Shown in pieces: positions 39,177 to 51,942 of a DNA stretch of 64,000 nucleotides. Position numbers and translations under genes: made by a program. Origin of the DNA: Botryllus schlosseri (lineage: Eukaryota); assembly GCA_051294905.1 (NCBI GenBank), contig CM119371.1:38690001-38754000 (forward strand), given 5' to 3'. The notes under the pieces are model-generated. The model was given only the letters and a program-made list of their open reading frames with translations, did not search any database and had not been told where the DNA came from. Numbering within the stretch: position 1 is the first letter of the stretch; the number at the start of each line of letters is the position of its first letter.

Positions 39177-40570
39177 CTGGGGTCGCCAACTCAAAATGGG
39201 TCGCGGGCCCCTTTTCAAAATTTCTAGAGGCCGTGGGCCGCATGACTTCAATATCGAGATGGGCAATGGGCATAGTCACCGCAAAATGAATAATATTTTA
39301 TTGAACAAACAAACAAAAAAATATCATGCTCATCAATTTCATTATATTTTGAACTATGAGCTGCGCACGATACCTACCTGACAACACTCTGTGTAGCAAC
39401 CAAAACAGGAGTGGCCAACCTTTTTGCTATTCACCGTCGCATTTCGATTACTCATGTAGCCCGCAGCCGCATTTCGGTAATAAGCAAGCTGGGGCAAAAT
39501 ATCTTAACCACCGTGTCCATTGCTGGTACACTCCGGACAATTCGATTTACTCATCTCGGCTTACTATGGGCACCGAGATCGTGAATATAGTCATGTTGTG
39601 AAGATGAGCAACGCAACAGGGATTCGTAGACTGTAGTCGCGCAGAGCGCGAAAATTTTTTCATGTTCATGAATGGATTTCGTCAATGTGTAATTAGTATT
39701 GTTTCACATATCACTATCAAAGATTTATCCTTTCTCGGCCCATGTGATCAGATTCAGGTAGAGTTTATGCAGGGGGTGTTTTCAAAAACTTAGAGATGTT
39801 ATTATTGCATCTTTGAGTGGGCCGATTCTCATTAGTCTGCTATGTTGCATGCAGGTATTTCTTGACCTCCCATTATAATTGTCGTTATAGTGGAAATATA
39901 TTGGATTCGCCCAATCGGTATTGGTATTTCTTTATGAGGCGCATAATTTTTATCTGTTGTTCGCATCTGTGGTGGGGCTCGGATTACAAGGGACACTGCT
40001 ATATTATTATAAAAAATGAACTCGCATTGAGGCGCGCGCAGCGCGAATAAAATTTCAAGAATATTTCAAATCTCTCATTAATTAGGAAGTTAATTCGTAA
40101 ATTAAATTCGCATAATATTGATAGCCGCCAACATATCCTAATTGAATTGAGTGTCGACGACCGCATAATTTTTCTTCTACTGCCGCCGCAGATTGGCAGC
40201 AGGATTAAAGAACCGATATTGGGGTTAGTTATAGGCAATGTAGCCTACTTGCTGGAAAACTATCTACTCGTAAAGCATGGTCTCTTGTAGAGCACGAAGT
40301 CGTTCATCCAGCCTCCCGGTCTTGGCAGTTGTTGGCCATTGCACGCCAAGGTATTATGCGCATTCATATCAGCAAATTATTCCTCCAGCATAGAATGATA
40401 TTACCATGCCGAACCGAAGGAATAGTGATATTGGGCACAGTAGAATAGCTTACTTTGAACAACAACAACAGCAACACGTTTAAACTGAAATCAATTTCTG
40501 CATTTCGAAATGGTTCGCTGAGCGTTTATCCAAAATTTCTCCAAATCGGGCCGCGTGTTGGTGACCCCTG
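39177..40570. mobile_element. hAT-like element (GGGGTCGCCAAC / GTTGGTGACCCC)
   Basis: TIR pair; degenerate TSD GTCCGACC / GTCAAACC. Confidence 0.55.
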
Positions 40571-40949
40571 GTCAAACCGGTGCTCAAGTAGGTGGCATTC
40601 ATAAGTACATTTGGTTGACGCCTCCCATGTTTGTCCTGTGGTCGCATAAACAGTACATAGTTCAACTTTCCCCATCATTCATGCTGTTGTGACGTCAAAG
40701 GAGTGATACTTGAATACTCAACTAGACTCGATTAGCCTAATATTTATTTTGTCTGACGAATGCCCCTGGTTAATTTTAAGATTCTGTGTTTTTCATAGTA
40801 TACGAAAAGCTTATATTGCACAAAAAAAAACATTAGCATTTTTTTGATTTTGTAAATGAGGGCTGCGGCAGGGGGCATCATGCTCCATAACTCCTCAGGT
40901 TACCCACGGTTTTTATCCCTGCCATATATTGCAACACGAATAAGCAGAC

Positions 40950-41780
40950 TGTGAATTCTCACAGAATAGATAACGATACATTTATCGATCATACATTTAT
41001 TTGTTCGTTCTGGACAGGAGCTAGACTTGTAGATATTGCAATGACTGCATATTCCCATTTACGTCATTTGTAAGATGGTTGTAAATTTCCCCTCTGAAAT
41101 GGCATGGCAGCATATAGGCAATTTGCATTACTTGCAAAATTGATTATGCTATCATAAGACACTTGCGCCATCGCATCACAGTGGCCAAACAAATAATTCC
41201 GATACCCAAGTGTTGGAGGTTTAGCTAGGCTCCTCGTCGTCACTTCATCCACGTAAGCGGTGTCTTACAAAAAGCCTAGAGGAGGGCCGTGCTATAAGTC
41301 GGCAGTTATGGAGAATAATGAAGAATATAGGCCTGGTGTAAATAACCATAGTAGTCGCTAAACACCATGAATGCCACAAAACAAACAAACGAGTAACAAT
41401 ATTTCTCATACATACTTGAATAATATTTTATTTATGGGAATTCAACGATGCCTACAGGTTTCTTGCATAATTTCAGTCAAGTATATAAACAAGTCATATC
41501 ATTATGGTCGGTATTGCTTATGACCGACTGCATATTGCACACATTTATGTAGTCATTATTTGCAAACAGATGTGTGCCTATAGCAATATACAATAATAAC
41601 GTTCGTCATCAAATGAACCGGACTGTCAATTCTCACGACTAAGATAACGATGCAGCTATTGATTCTAGTCTATATTTATTCTGTTAGGGCAGGAGCTAGA
41701 ATTGCAGAATATTCCCAATGAAGTTATCTGTGAGATGTTTGTCTGTCCGCTAAAGGCGGGAGCGTGACGCCGTAACGCCA
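40950..41780 (+). repeat. Second locus of the modular repeat (A-[SINE]-C-A')
   Basis: A at about 40955, C at about 41400-41620, A' at about 41627. Confidence 0.65.
41195..41390 (+). mobile_element. SINE copy (5'-truncated)
   Basis: Same body and (AAAC)n tail. Confidence 0.7.
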
Positions 41781-42553
41781 GCATAAGTCGGTATCATCGC
41801 AAAATCATGAATACGGACACTTGATCAAGAGAGCGTGAATTCCAGATGAACTGCAAGCTTCGCTCAGGTTATTTCGCCAGGCTGCACAATTCAAGCTGTC
41901 TGGACGGAAACGGCCAAGATAATAAACTCCGCAGTATCCCGAATATATTTGAATGCCATTATGGAAGAACGCGAATAGTTGTCACTGAACTGAACTGAAT
42001 ATTGTTAAACATTGCTGCTGATGATGACACCCTCCGAGCAGCATCTGCACCAATATAATTCAACTCATCCAATCTAGAAAAATAATATTACGCTGGATAA
42101 TACATCTAAAATGTTTGACTCGTCCCGCCAACTTACTTTCTACTTCTCATTTGACCAGCGGCAAAAAATAAGAGTTCACCTTCGCTGTAACACAGACCTG
42201 GGAAAAGTGCGGCCCGCTTGCCAAATGCTCCCGCAAATCCATTATGTGCGGCCCGGGAGAGGTTGCTTGGAATTCATGACATCAAACATTCATTTTGGAT
42301 GTTGATTCGTGGATTAACACCGTAGGCTGTATGCACTAAACAGCTAATTCGTTTACTTTGAAGCTTGCTGCTTATTAAGATGCCGCGATTGAGCTACCTA
42401 CGTACCTCGCTTGGTGGGTAGTCAAGATTCAAAATAAAGGCAACGTGGCAAAGTATGAGCAACAATTAAATTTGAAGAAATCACTATTTGAAGAGCTTCT
42501 TGGAGGTACAGAACTTCAATATACAATTAAATAGTATATTCATATTGAAATGA

Positions 42554-42597
42554 ACCCGAATATTTTCGGCTGACACTCGTCAGGGGTAATCGTCAGC
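42554..42597 (-). ncRNA. Hammerhead ribozyme motif (family 2), intact
   Basis: Identical to the 3499-3542 motif. Confidence 0.75.
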
Positions 42598-42934
42598 AAC
42601 TAGTAGAGAATTGGTAAGAACATTGTATATCAACAATCGTATCACAAAATATGACGTCACCAGCATGAAAGAGAGAGCGTTCAATGTACTATTTTTAGGT
42701 GGTACACGAACTCCTTTTGTTGACAGAGTTTTGGTTGGTGTATTTTGATAAAAGTTGATTCCAAGGCACTTGTCCACTTGGTATCAAAATACACCAACCA
42801 AAACTCTGTCAACAAAAGGAGTTCGTGTACCACCTAAAAATAGTACATTGAACGCTCTCTCTTTCATGCTGGTGACGTCATATTTTGTGATACGATTGTT
42901 GATATACAATGTTCTTACCAATTCTCTACTAGTT

Positions 42935-42978
42935 GCTGACGATTACCCCTGACGAGTGTCAGCCGAAGATATTCGGGT
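42935..42978 (+). ncRNA. Hammerhead ribozyme motif with core mutation GAAA>GAAG
   Basis: Same motif with A>G at 42968 in the conserved GAAA. Confidence 0.6.
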
Positions 42979-43379
42979 TCATTTCAATATGAATATACTA
43001 ATTAAATCACTATTTCTATATAGTTTAGGTCAAAGCGTCTTTTCTGCCGTTGTCCCATAACGTATTTAACAGTACGTGTTTCAAATTTTGATGTGAGGTG
43101 TTTTCAAATCCCTAATTCTCTACAACTGCGATCACAATTAGTATCATTGCAGTAAGTGATAATTAGTTCAACATATCTGATATTGTAGTTTTTGTGAGGA
43201 CAGAGATATACACATAACAAATTTATTACATGTGAGACTAAATAGCGCGCAGAGCGAAGAAAAGTTTTAAGGAGCCCAAATAAATTTCATCTCCTCTCGA
43301 TCGTATTTCAGCATTTTATCCAGGACGCAATTTCAACAATGATAACCCGCACGGACATGTCTGGAAAATTCAGGAAGTA

Positions 43380-44340
43380 GGGAAGATGTGGTACCAATGA
43401 GACAGTGGGACCGTAAATAATTGAAAAATTATTTGTGATATTCCCATGATTACAGTTCGTAAATTTGTCTACGATTGCATGCTGGCAGAATATTCCTCAA
43501 ATGAAAAAAAACCTCGACTTGCGTTAGTTATGGGGTTTGTGATACATGATTTATGTTTTGGGGGGTGTAAATTAAATTTGGATCGACGTACACATTTTCT
43601 ATATCATGTTCCACACAAACACACCAAACACAATTTTTAATGTGAAGTGTAGGGCTTGTATCAGAGTATATACTGCTACATATTGTTTAATTCAATACCA
43701 TCCACGAGTGGACTATTTTCAATTCAAGTACAACATTTATATAGTGGGGGGGGGGGCTATCGTACCATAACCAAACAAGGAAAATAGTTGGACCAACTAA
43801 TCACTTAACAACAGAAACAGGCCTACATATATAGAAGCTGTAAATCGTATTTACCAAAGGTGTTTTATCGCCATAACGAGGTATTTGAAAGTCAAAATAT
43901 AGATTTACGGGCAGTATGTTTGTATGATTAATCTTGTAAGTTTGGGCGTGAATCGAAACGTGATTTTACGCCAACATTTGAGTTGGTATAATCTATTTTA
44001 TTCTTGAAGGTGCCGACGAAACATTCTTCATTGGGATGCTGAAGCTTAAGATTATTATACACAAAAACAGAAACAGGATGAAAATCTGAATGTTTGAGCG
44101 TATGTCTCATAGGTCCCATGATCGCCTGCCTTTCGACCCAACGAGTGGGGACCGATGATACGTTTTAGCAACTGTTTTGAACGTTCATAAATATTTTATG
44201 AGAAGGTTGATATTTATGTAAATATCCGTGATCGGTAGAGCTTGGATGTTTCGCGAGCAAATGATCTGTTATTATCGGCTAAAGATTTCAGGGCCAGAGA
44301 TAATCTTGCAATTTTTGATCCATCGGTACTACATCTCCCC
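43380..44340. mobile_element. Non-autonomous DNA transposon with TA TSD (Tc1/mariner/pogo-like)
   Basis: TA-GGGAAGATGTGGTACC ... GGTACTACATCTCCCC-TA; homologous to 32064-32972. Confidence 0.72.
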
Positions 44341-44952
44341 TATGACAACCCTAACCTAAGTCTGATTAATTTCTTGAAAGGGGACAATTTTTCCGAGAGG
44401 GTAGGTGCTCTGCAAACTGGTTTACGCGTCTACTTTCCACTGAGTTGACCTTTTTATTCGCGTCATTCATTTCATTAGTGCACTTTTTACCGTGTTAATT
44501 AAATACACCTCACTGGACGTTCTAACCTTTTCCCCCACATCTCCCCAGTCGCCCCCTTTGATATTTCTGCCCGCTTGTTTCTCTAAATCTCCCTTGGGGG
44601 CGATATCGCCCACGTTAGGAACAACTGCTCGAAACTGTTTCGAAATCATGCAGCGTCCCCGTTCATTACCTATTATTGTGTCTTGTGATTATGGTAGGGC
44701 ACAGCACTTCGAATGATCGGATCCGAGTTAGGTATCGATTGCATGCAGCGATTCGAGTCACTACGGTAAAAGTAAATTTTTCGGGCACCAAAATGATACG
44801 TCCCTAGCAATAGTAATTGCCAAAATGATAACATTAGCTCAGCTGGAGGGGTTGAGAGCCTTTTACAGGCATAATATTAAAAAACGTAAGACCTTGGTAG
44901 CTTTCACACTCTATTTAACGTCCACTAGCGAATGAATATAACTTTATTAATT

Positions 44953-44989
44953 ACACGAGCTTTCGGAGCGCTGCTCCTTCATCAGATGT
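44953..44989 (-). ncRNA. Minimal type I hammerhead ribozyme motif in the Penelope 3' region
   Basis: Minus strand ACAU-CUGAUGA-A-GGAGC(AGC)GCUCC-GAA-AGCU-C^GUGU: intact core, 5-bp stem II, palindromic AGCU stem III, 4-bp stem I. AAUAAA follows a few nt later (plus TTTATT, 44943-44948). Confidence 0.75.
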
Positions 44990-45635
44990 CAAAGCGAAAG
45001 TAACGCAAAAAGAGCAACGCAAAAATATTTTCAATTTGAACATATGCATATTATGACATCATAGGGAATGAGCAATTTTAGATTTCGAAGTCGCGTACTC
45101 TATGACGTCATAGACGCAAATATCAAGTTTTGATTTGAAATGCAAATAGTGAGTTATGTGCCTAAAATAGGATTGGATAAAGTGTTTATATGCTAATCTG
45201 AAAAGAACAAAAGGTGTTAAGTCAAGCATTCATGGTGTAGTGGGACATGCATCCTCTGTCTATATTCAGCCCTTCTCGGAAAGTATCAAATTTGTCGATA
45301 TATTTTTGTTCTGTAGCCTTGCGGAGAGTAGCGTCTTCCATGTCCCCGACCAATACATTGATAGTCATGTCGCTCTCCGAGTGCCCAGCGGAAGAAAAAT
45401 GATCACCCACAGGCTTCGATTTGTTACCTTTCGATATGTCGGTTTCAGTGACCTTTTACTCTTTTGTGAAGAGGTTGACTGCTTTCTCCTACGCACCATG
45501 CATTCGTACATCCTTTTCGACAGCGAATCAAATATACGACATTACTTGATTTACAAGTAAAATGGCCTTTGATGTTGTGCCGGGCGGGTCCTCTTGTAAT
45601 CACGATGCTGTATTGAGAATAGCACACGTCTTGTA

Positions 45636-46073
45636 TAGGCTTACCATACGTCCTCTTTTAAGAGGATTTGTCCTCTTTTTTTACTTTTTTGAAAGTGTCC
45701 ACGGAGGACGTCCTTTTGTCATTTTTTTTTGAGATTTTGTCGTCCTTTATGAAAATTTAGGTCAGATTTAGAGCCAATTGCGACCGATATGCCGTAAATG
45801 AGCACAGAAGTGACGCTCCGGAGGGTATTTCGGAGCGTAAAATGCTGTTTTGAGCTCCGAGAGGAAAGATTACCTTTTTTTTAGTCATCCACCTAGCAAC
45901 GTGGAGAAAAAAACGGTATTTTGAGATCCGAGCGGAAAGTTGACCTTTATTTAGTCAACCGGTCGCAAAGTAGGAAAAAATCACCGGTTTTTGTGAATTC
46001 TACTCCGGTTTTGTAAATCTCAAATTTCTGAAAAAGTGTCCTCTTATTTGATTTCCAAAATATGGTAATCCTA
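45636..46073. mobile_element. hAT-type MITE (TAGGCTTACCAT termini) inserted in the Penelope ORF
   Basis: TIR TAGGCTTACCATA / TATGGTAATCCTA; 8-bp TSD GTCTTGTA / GTCTTGAA; AGGAC subterminal repeats. Confidence 0.88.
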
Positions 46074-46414
46074 GTCTTGAATGATGGCTGTCCGCAATTT
46101 TCCGTGCCATTTTCTCGTTTGGACCGAGGTAGCTTACTATTTACCAAAATGTTACGCAAGTTGTGTGGTTGCCGGATGGCTAAAATAGGTCTTCTCGGGA
46201 ATACTTCATTTCATTTCTGATCGTTGATTAGTATTCGCTGATGTTTTCGTAAAATCGTACGGATCTTTTCTGCTCCAGGGAAATAAGTAGTGACCAGCGG
46301 CACTCTGCGATCTTGTGTTTCCTCATTGTGATTTCGACTGCAATCAAGGAGCTTTTCTCGTGGTACTTTGAGGGCCCTTTTTATTTGATTCCTTATTAGC
46401 TGTTGATCGTAGCC

Positions 46415-46837
46415 TAGGCTTACCATATTTCGGACATGTAAAAAGAGGACACTTTTTCAGAAATTTCAGACTTGCAAAACCGGAGAAGAATTCTCAAAAA
46501 CCGATAAATTTTTCCCACTTCGTGATTGGTTGTCTAAAAAACAAAGTTCATCACCTTCGCTCCTCACAGCTCAAAATAACGTTTTTCTCTCCACATTGCC
46601 AGGTGCTTTTCGCTCAGAGCTAAATTCACCGCTTTTCCCTCCGAAATACCCACCGGAGCTTCGCTTCTGCGCTAATTTGCGCCATATCACTCGCAATTTC
46701 CTCTAAATCTGAACTAAATTTTCAAAAAAGAGGATAAAATCTCAAAAAAGAGGACAAAAGGGCGTCCTCCGAGGACACTTTCAAAAAAGTCAAAAAAGAG
46801 GACAAATCCTCTTAAAAGAGGACGTATGGTAAGCCTA
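46415..46837. mobile_element. Second copy of the same hAT MITE, opposite orientation
   Basis: TIR TAGGCTTACCATA / TATGGTAAGCCTA; perfect 8-bp TSD TCGTAGCC. Confidence 0.92.
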
Positions 46838-48989
46838 TCGTAGCCAGATTTGATTAGTTCGTGTTTCAAAACTTCCAAATGTTCATTTTTGTCCTCTTTC
46901 TTCGAGCAAATTTTATGAATTCGAAGGGCGTTGCTGTAAACTATTCCTTTTTTACATATTGGATGGAAACTGTGGTAGTTTAAAATCTTACCAGAGTCCG
47001 TAGATTTACAGTAGAGTGATGTGAAAATGCGACCTTCTTCGATGTTGAAAAGCGTGTCGAGGAATGAAACTGCAGTCATCGAGCTCCCCATGGTCAGACG
47101 AATGTTAGGATGAAATTGGTTGATTGAATCATGAAACTTTTTCAGTGACTGTTCTCCAAGGGTCCATATCATGGAAATGTCGTCGATGTATCTCGTATAA
47201 AATTTTAGCCGCAATGTTTGTGTCTCCATGAAATCCTCCTCAAAATGATGCATGAAAAGATTTGCGTATTGCGGAGCAAATTTCGTGCCCATTGCCGTTC
47301 CTTGAAGCTGTAGAAAGATCTCTTTGTTGAATTCGAACGTGTTGTGATTTAACGTGAAGCCGATAAGTTCCATGATGCTTTTCTTTGAAGGATGTTCAAT
47401 TTCTGCAAGAGATCTCTCCGCAGCCTCCATGCCATCCTCATGAGGAATACTTGTATGCAGGATGAAACGTCCATGGTGACTAATATCGTTCCTGATACTA
47501 AGTGATTGACATTCATGAGTTTGTTCAAAAAGTCCGTGGTGTCACGACAAAAACTTGGTGCGCTTTTCATGAATGGCTCAAGGTGTTTTTCCACGTGTCC
47601 GAATATGTCTTCCGTTAGAGTTTTGTTGCATGACACAATGGGGCGTCCAGGAATATGCTCTTTGTGCAATTTCGGTAGAAGATGGAAGCGGCCAAGAGAG
47701 GGGTCAGACGGGATATTGATCGTTGATTTCTCGTCTTCTTCCATATCCAAAGATTTTATAATTTTCTTTAATCGTTTTGTGTGTTATTTCGTTGGGTCAC
47801 AATATAGTTTCTGATACGACACAGAGTCGTTCAACTGTCTGTAACCTTCTTCTAGATAGTCTTTCAGGTCCATGATGACTACTTTTCCGCCTTTATCAGC
47901 AGGCTTGAATACGATGCTCTCTTCCTGTTCGAGTTCTGTGATTGCCTTTTTCTGCTTCTTCGTAAGATTTTCGTTGTAGTTTCTGTTCAGGTGTTTGGAC
48001 TTACTGATGAATGTAGCGTTAATTTGGTTTTGGAAACTTTCTAGATATTTGTCCAAATTGCTGTTCGCCGTGAGGTTCCTGCTCTCCATGTTATGTTTTT
48101 CTTGGGCTTCTTGATAATTTGTTCAGTTATCTCGTTCGCATTCTGAGAAACTTCAATTTCCGGATTGACATCGTAAAAATGGTACTTGTTCCTCATTTTT
48201 CTGTCGAATTCATCGGCGTCTCCAGCTAACACGTAATGATCTAGTTTTTGGCCGGAATTTCAAATTAAGACTGAGAACATCGAATTGTGATTGCGTCAAG
48301 GTTTTGCTAGACAGGTTAGCAACGGCTATATCCGATTTATTACTTTTAGCTGTGGCGCCCGGTGGCAGTGAAATTTTGGATTTTCCCCTTTCCAGTACCA
48401 ATTGCGTGATTTTTTTCTCTTTTTGAAGTATCATACCTTTGACTTCGTTTGTCGAAATTTGTTTAGCCAATTCACGCAAATCTCTTTGTAATTGGTGATT
48501 ATCAACTAGATTTATGGTGCCATCAATATCGTACCTGAACTTTGCTCGGCTTCTGTAGTGAAAATCAGTCAGATGTGACATCAATTTCTTCGACATTCGC
48601 CGAGCCAAGTTTTCTGAGTACGTGGTCTTGAAAGTGTTGCGTAGTGGGTTTTGAATTCATAGACCATTCGGAACGAGTTCGCGCTTTTTACATTCCAATA
48701 GAAAATAATATCAGCATTTTTGCGAGCAATCTTCTTGGCGATCCTTTCCACTTTGATTCGGCATTTTCTGGTGTGATCCATAGTTCAATACTTTGTTGCG
48801 CCGATAGCAGACGATATATAAAAAAACGTATGACCTTGGCATGATATTTTTAATCCTATTTCCGTGATGGTCATATGATAATTTTTGAAACGTAAGGAAA
48901 GTAACACGTATAAACTATGCCATTGTACTGACCATTAAAAACCTACACCTACTGTTTTTCTTCAATATGAACATAGTGTCATATATTCC

Positions 48990-49188
48990 TAATTCCGATA
49001 TCTAAGTGTTGGAGGTTTACCTAGGCTCCTCCTCGTCACCTCATTCGCGTCAGCGGCGTCTAACAAAAGTCTAGAGGTCGATCGTGCTATAAGTCGGCAG
49101 TTATGGGAAATAAGAAGAATATCGGCCAGGTGTAAATGATCATAGTAGTCAACAAACACCATGAATACCCCCAAAACAAACAAACAAA
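48990..49188 (+). mobile_element. SINE copy (5'-truncated)
   Basis: Same body and (AAAC)n tail. Confidence 0.7.
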
Positions 49189-50231
49189 CCTACTTTTTTT
49201 CCTTAATATGAATATAGTGTCCTATATGGTGCGGACATAGTGTCATGTATAGTGTGGACACAGCGAGACTGAGCCACACCATTTATAGGACACTATGGTA
49301 TCACGCTTTTACAATTTAAATGGCTTCACAAGGAATTGATTCAGCATGCTTGAGGATAGCCTTAACTCGAGTATTGTGCTGGAAGTCACCCGCAGCTCAA
49401 TCAGTTTCTCTAAACCGGGATAATAACTTCAGTGACGGAGAATATTGTTAATTTTCATCATTTAGCTTTACGAGAATAGATTCTCAAATTAGTCGACGGT
49501 ATCATAACACTGCGCTACAAGCCACCGTTTCAGCGGCTGCGCTTGCGAGCTACCAAACAATCGGAAATGCGGATGGTTGTGTTTGTATTTTGTATATTGC
49601 AATTGAGAATGTCACATCAAAGGGAGCTTATACCTCGCTGCTGGTCTGGAAAACAATTTGGTTATAAAACTGCATCGTCATACAGGCGTCACCGTGTCTG
49701 CCTTTCTCTCTGATCAATCAACGCGTCGTGCGATCCAAGATTTCAAGGCGTTCGATTTCAGGCACGCGATTTCGGGAGTGATATTGGTTTTCAGCGCTAC
49801 AGGCAATTTGTGTGTGTAACTACTAAAACCTCATATTGAGCTTGGCGGATTGGATTTATCCGATGTAGCTCCTTAATTAACCTGATTGTTCCGTATTTAC
49901 GGTATGAGAAAAATGTATTATATTGGATTAATGAAAGAGGAACTATCAGTTATTTTCAAAATGGGGTCAGCAAATCTAAAACACCGATGCATAGCCTACG
50001 TCACGGTATTGACCTCTGATAGACTTGTCTAAGCAATCACATAAATATTGATTATGACTGTTATGCAAATGTAACAATAACTTGCAGAAATAATAATGAA
50101 TAAGTTGCAAACTATTGCATAATAAAATAAATTAGCAGAGAGCCATGCCATATCAGCAGAAGAACCCTATATGACTGACGACGTATAGGTTCGCGACCAC
50201 TGACATATATTGTCAAACAAATAGGCAGGCT

Positions 50232-51150
50232 CTCAATTCTCACCACTCAGATAACGATACATTTTTCTTTAGTATATTTGTTTGTTCGTTAGGGACAGGA
50301 CTTAGAATTGTAGATATCGCTCTGACTCTACATCCCGTTGAAGTCATAGGTGAGGTGTTAGTATGTTTGCGTGATAGCATATTGGCTATATGCAGTACTT
50401 GCGCAATAGGTTATGCTTTTAGACCACACTTCCACCCTCGCATCACAAGGCTTTCTACTCACTTACTTTTCACGCTGTGCATTTTTCAAAGTAGGAATTC
50501 CGGTAGCTTTGCATGACTTTTATGGATGAAATTGTCATAGGAAATGAGCGAAATATACTGTGTATCACGGTGACTGAATATATTTTCAAATATCACATCA
50601 ATTACCGGTGTAATTTCGTATTCTGCTTTAGTAAGGAAGATACATCTGCATAACAAATTTCCCAAACACACTCATTATTTGGTTAATACGAATTCGACGC
50701 TGCCTACAGCTTTAGCGCACAATTTCAGCGAGGGAGAAAAACGACTAGTTTTAAAATGGTTGCTATATTAACAGTGAAGTATCGTTAATATTGCACGCAG
50801 GCAATGATATTTGAAAACAGATGTAGGCCTACGTCTTCAGCATTATGAAACAACACCGTTCGTCATCAAATGCACCAGATCATCAATTCTCACAACTAAG
50901 ATAACGATGCGGCTATTGTTAGTGTCTTTGTTTATTCTGTTAGGAGAGGAGCTAGAATTGGAGAATATATTCAATGAGGTTATCTGTAAGATGTTTGTCA
51001 GTCATCTCAAGGTGGGTGCGTAACCTCGTAGCGTCACCATTCAGATAATTGAAGGATTTTCCGGTAAACTGGTGAAATCATTTGAAGCGAATAGTTGAAC
51101 AAATCATTATTAAGCGCGGAGCATGTCAAAGTAGTCATCTTGGATACTCG
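50232..51150 (+). repeat. Third locus of the modular repeat (A-B-C-A'-tail)
   Basis: A at 50233, A' at 50883; the tail GCGAATAGTTGAACAAATCAT is shared with about 6556. Confidence 0.65.
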
Positions 51151-51887
51151 TGTGTAGTACCGAATACTTCATAACTGATCAAATAGATTAGACTGTGGTT
51201 CTCAACCGGAGGTCCATGCACCCCCGTGACTCCGCGAAGCATTCTCAAGGGGTCTGCAAAACATCTAAAGTTACATAATAGTTGATAACTTATCAATATG
51301 ATGTCACGTAACGTCATACCAGTGGTTTTTAACCTTTTTGAGCACCATTCGCACTTTTTTGTAAAATAAATTTCATTCGCACGAACTAACCGAAAATTGC
51401 AATACAAAAAGAAGATGACGATAAATAGCAATATTTTGTTCAGATGTGCAACTAATTGGCAAGTATGTAGCTCAAGCTATCAAGTTTCTCACCAAAAAGG
51501 CAACATTTTTTGCTCGTTTTGATTTCAACTATTTCACTAAATCAACACAGTCGTCCGATCGTATGCGTTAATCAAATCCCCCCTCAAAAAACGATCAACT
51601 CCTAAATTCAATTTAGCGAATTAGTTATCTGTCAAGGATGACGAAATGTTCACCGATATTAAAGTGATCTTGAGATAATGTCCCGGAAACACAATACGCG
51701 ATGCGATTCATCCGGATTATTCCTGCAGTAAAATTTCAAGTTAACACATTGCGTTATCCCACGGCCTGACGCCATCTCTTATGAATATTTGTTCACGCAT
51801 TAGTCAGAGTATCAGTGTTTGGCCGTACGTTTGCCTCTTCGCCCTTGATCTAAAGCAGAAAAGCAAATTCATAGATTTAGAAAAATA

Positions 51888-51942
51888 ATGAAGTTTGTTC
51901 AAGCAACAAGATGGGTAGCAGTGGTTTTTCTTCTTGTCGCTG
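51888..51942 (+). CDS. Gene B exon 1 (signal peptide)
   Basis: MKFVQATRWVAVVFLLVA followed by the phase-1 donor G|GTAAGC. Confidence 0.8.

Larger units (their letters stand above)
42490..43003. mobile_element. Inverted (head-to-head) Penelope-like family 2 insertion
   Basis: Arms 42532-42750 and 42782-43000 (219 bp each, 1 mismatch), 31-bp spacer, 12-bp TSD AAATCACTATTT (42478-42489, 43004-43015). Confidence 0.88.
45222..48781 (-). pseudogene. Disrupted RT-GIY-YIG ORF of the Penelope-like element
   Basis: Multiple frameshifts and stops plus two MITE insertions split the ORF into at least 10 ORF-track fragments. Confidence 0.9.
44879..48837 (-). mobile_element. Penelope-like retroelement (RT + GIY-YIG, Cys-containing linker as in Neptune-type elements), near full length, decayed
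   Basis: Frameshifted ORF pieces from 48781 to 45222: KPADKGG, LPKLHK/GRPIVS, TMDVSS, QGTAMGTKFAPQYANLFM, RYIDD, SFLDT, VPLVTTY, CGQPS.KTC, CKSSNVVYLIRC..CVGES, GDHFS..GH, EQKYIDKFDT..GLN. A roughly 20-bp direct repeat (AAAAAACGTAWGACCTTGG) sits at both ends. Candidate 11-bp TSD GGCATAATATT (44868-44878) / GGCATGATATT (48838-48848). Confidence 0.93.

Noticed and set aside
42580..42952. Twin 65-aa ORFs with identical C-termini
   Set aside because: Artefact of the inverted repeat; the real coding remnant is in another frame (..FIKIHQPKLCQQKEFVYHLKIVH*).
49008..49075. HDV-like ribozyme in the SINE body (CCTCCTCG motif)
   Set aside because: No P3 partner or P1.1 GG follows the TCCTCGY loop; the nested double pseudoknot cannot be built.
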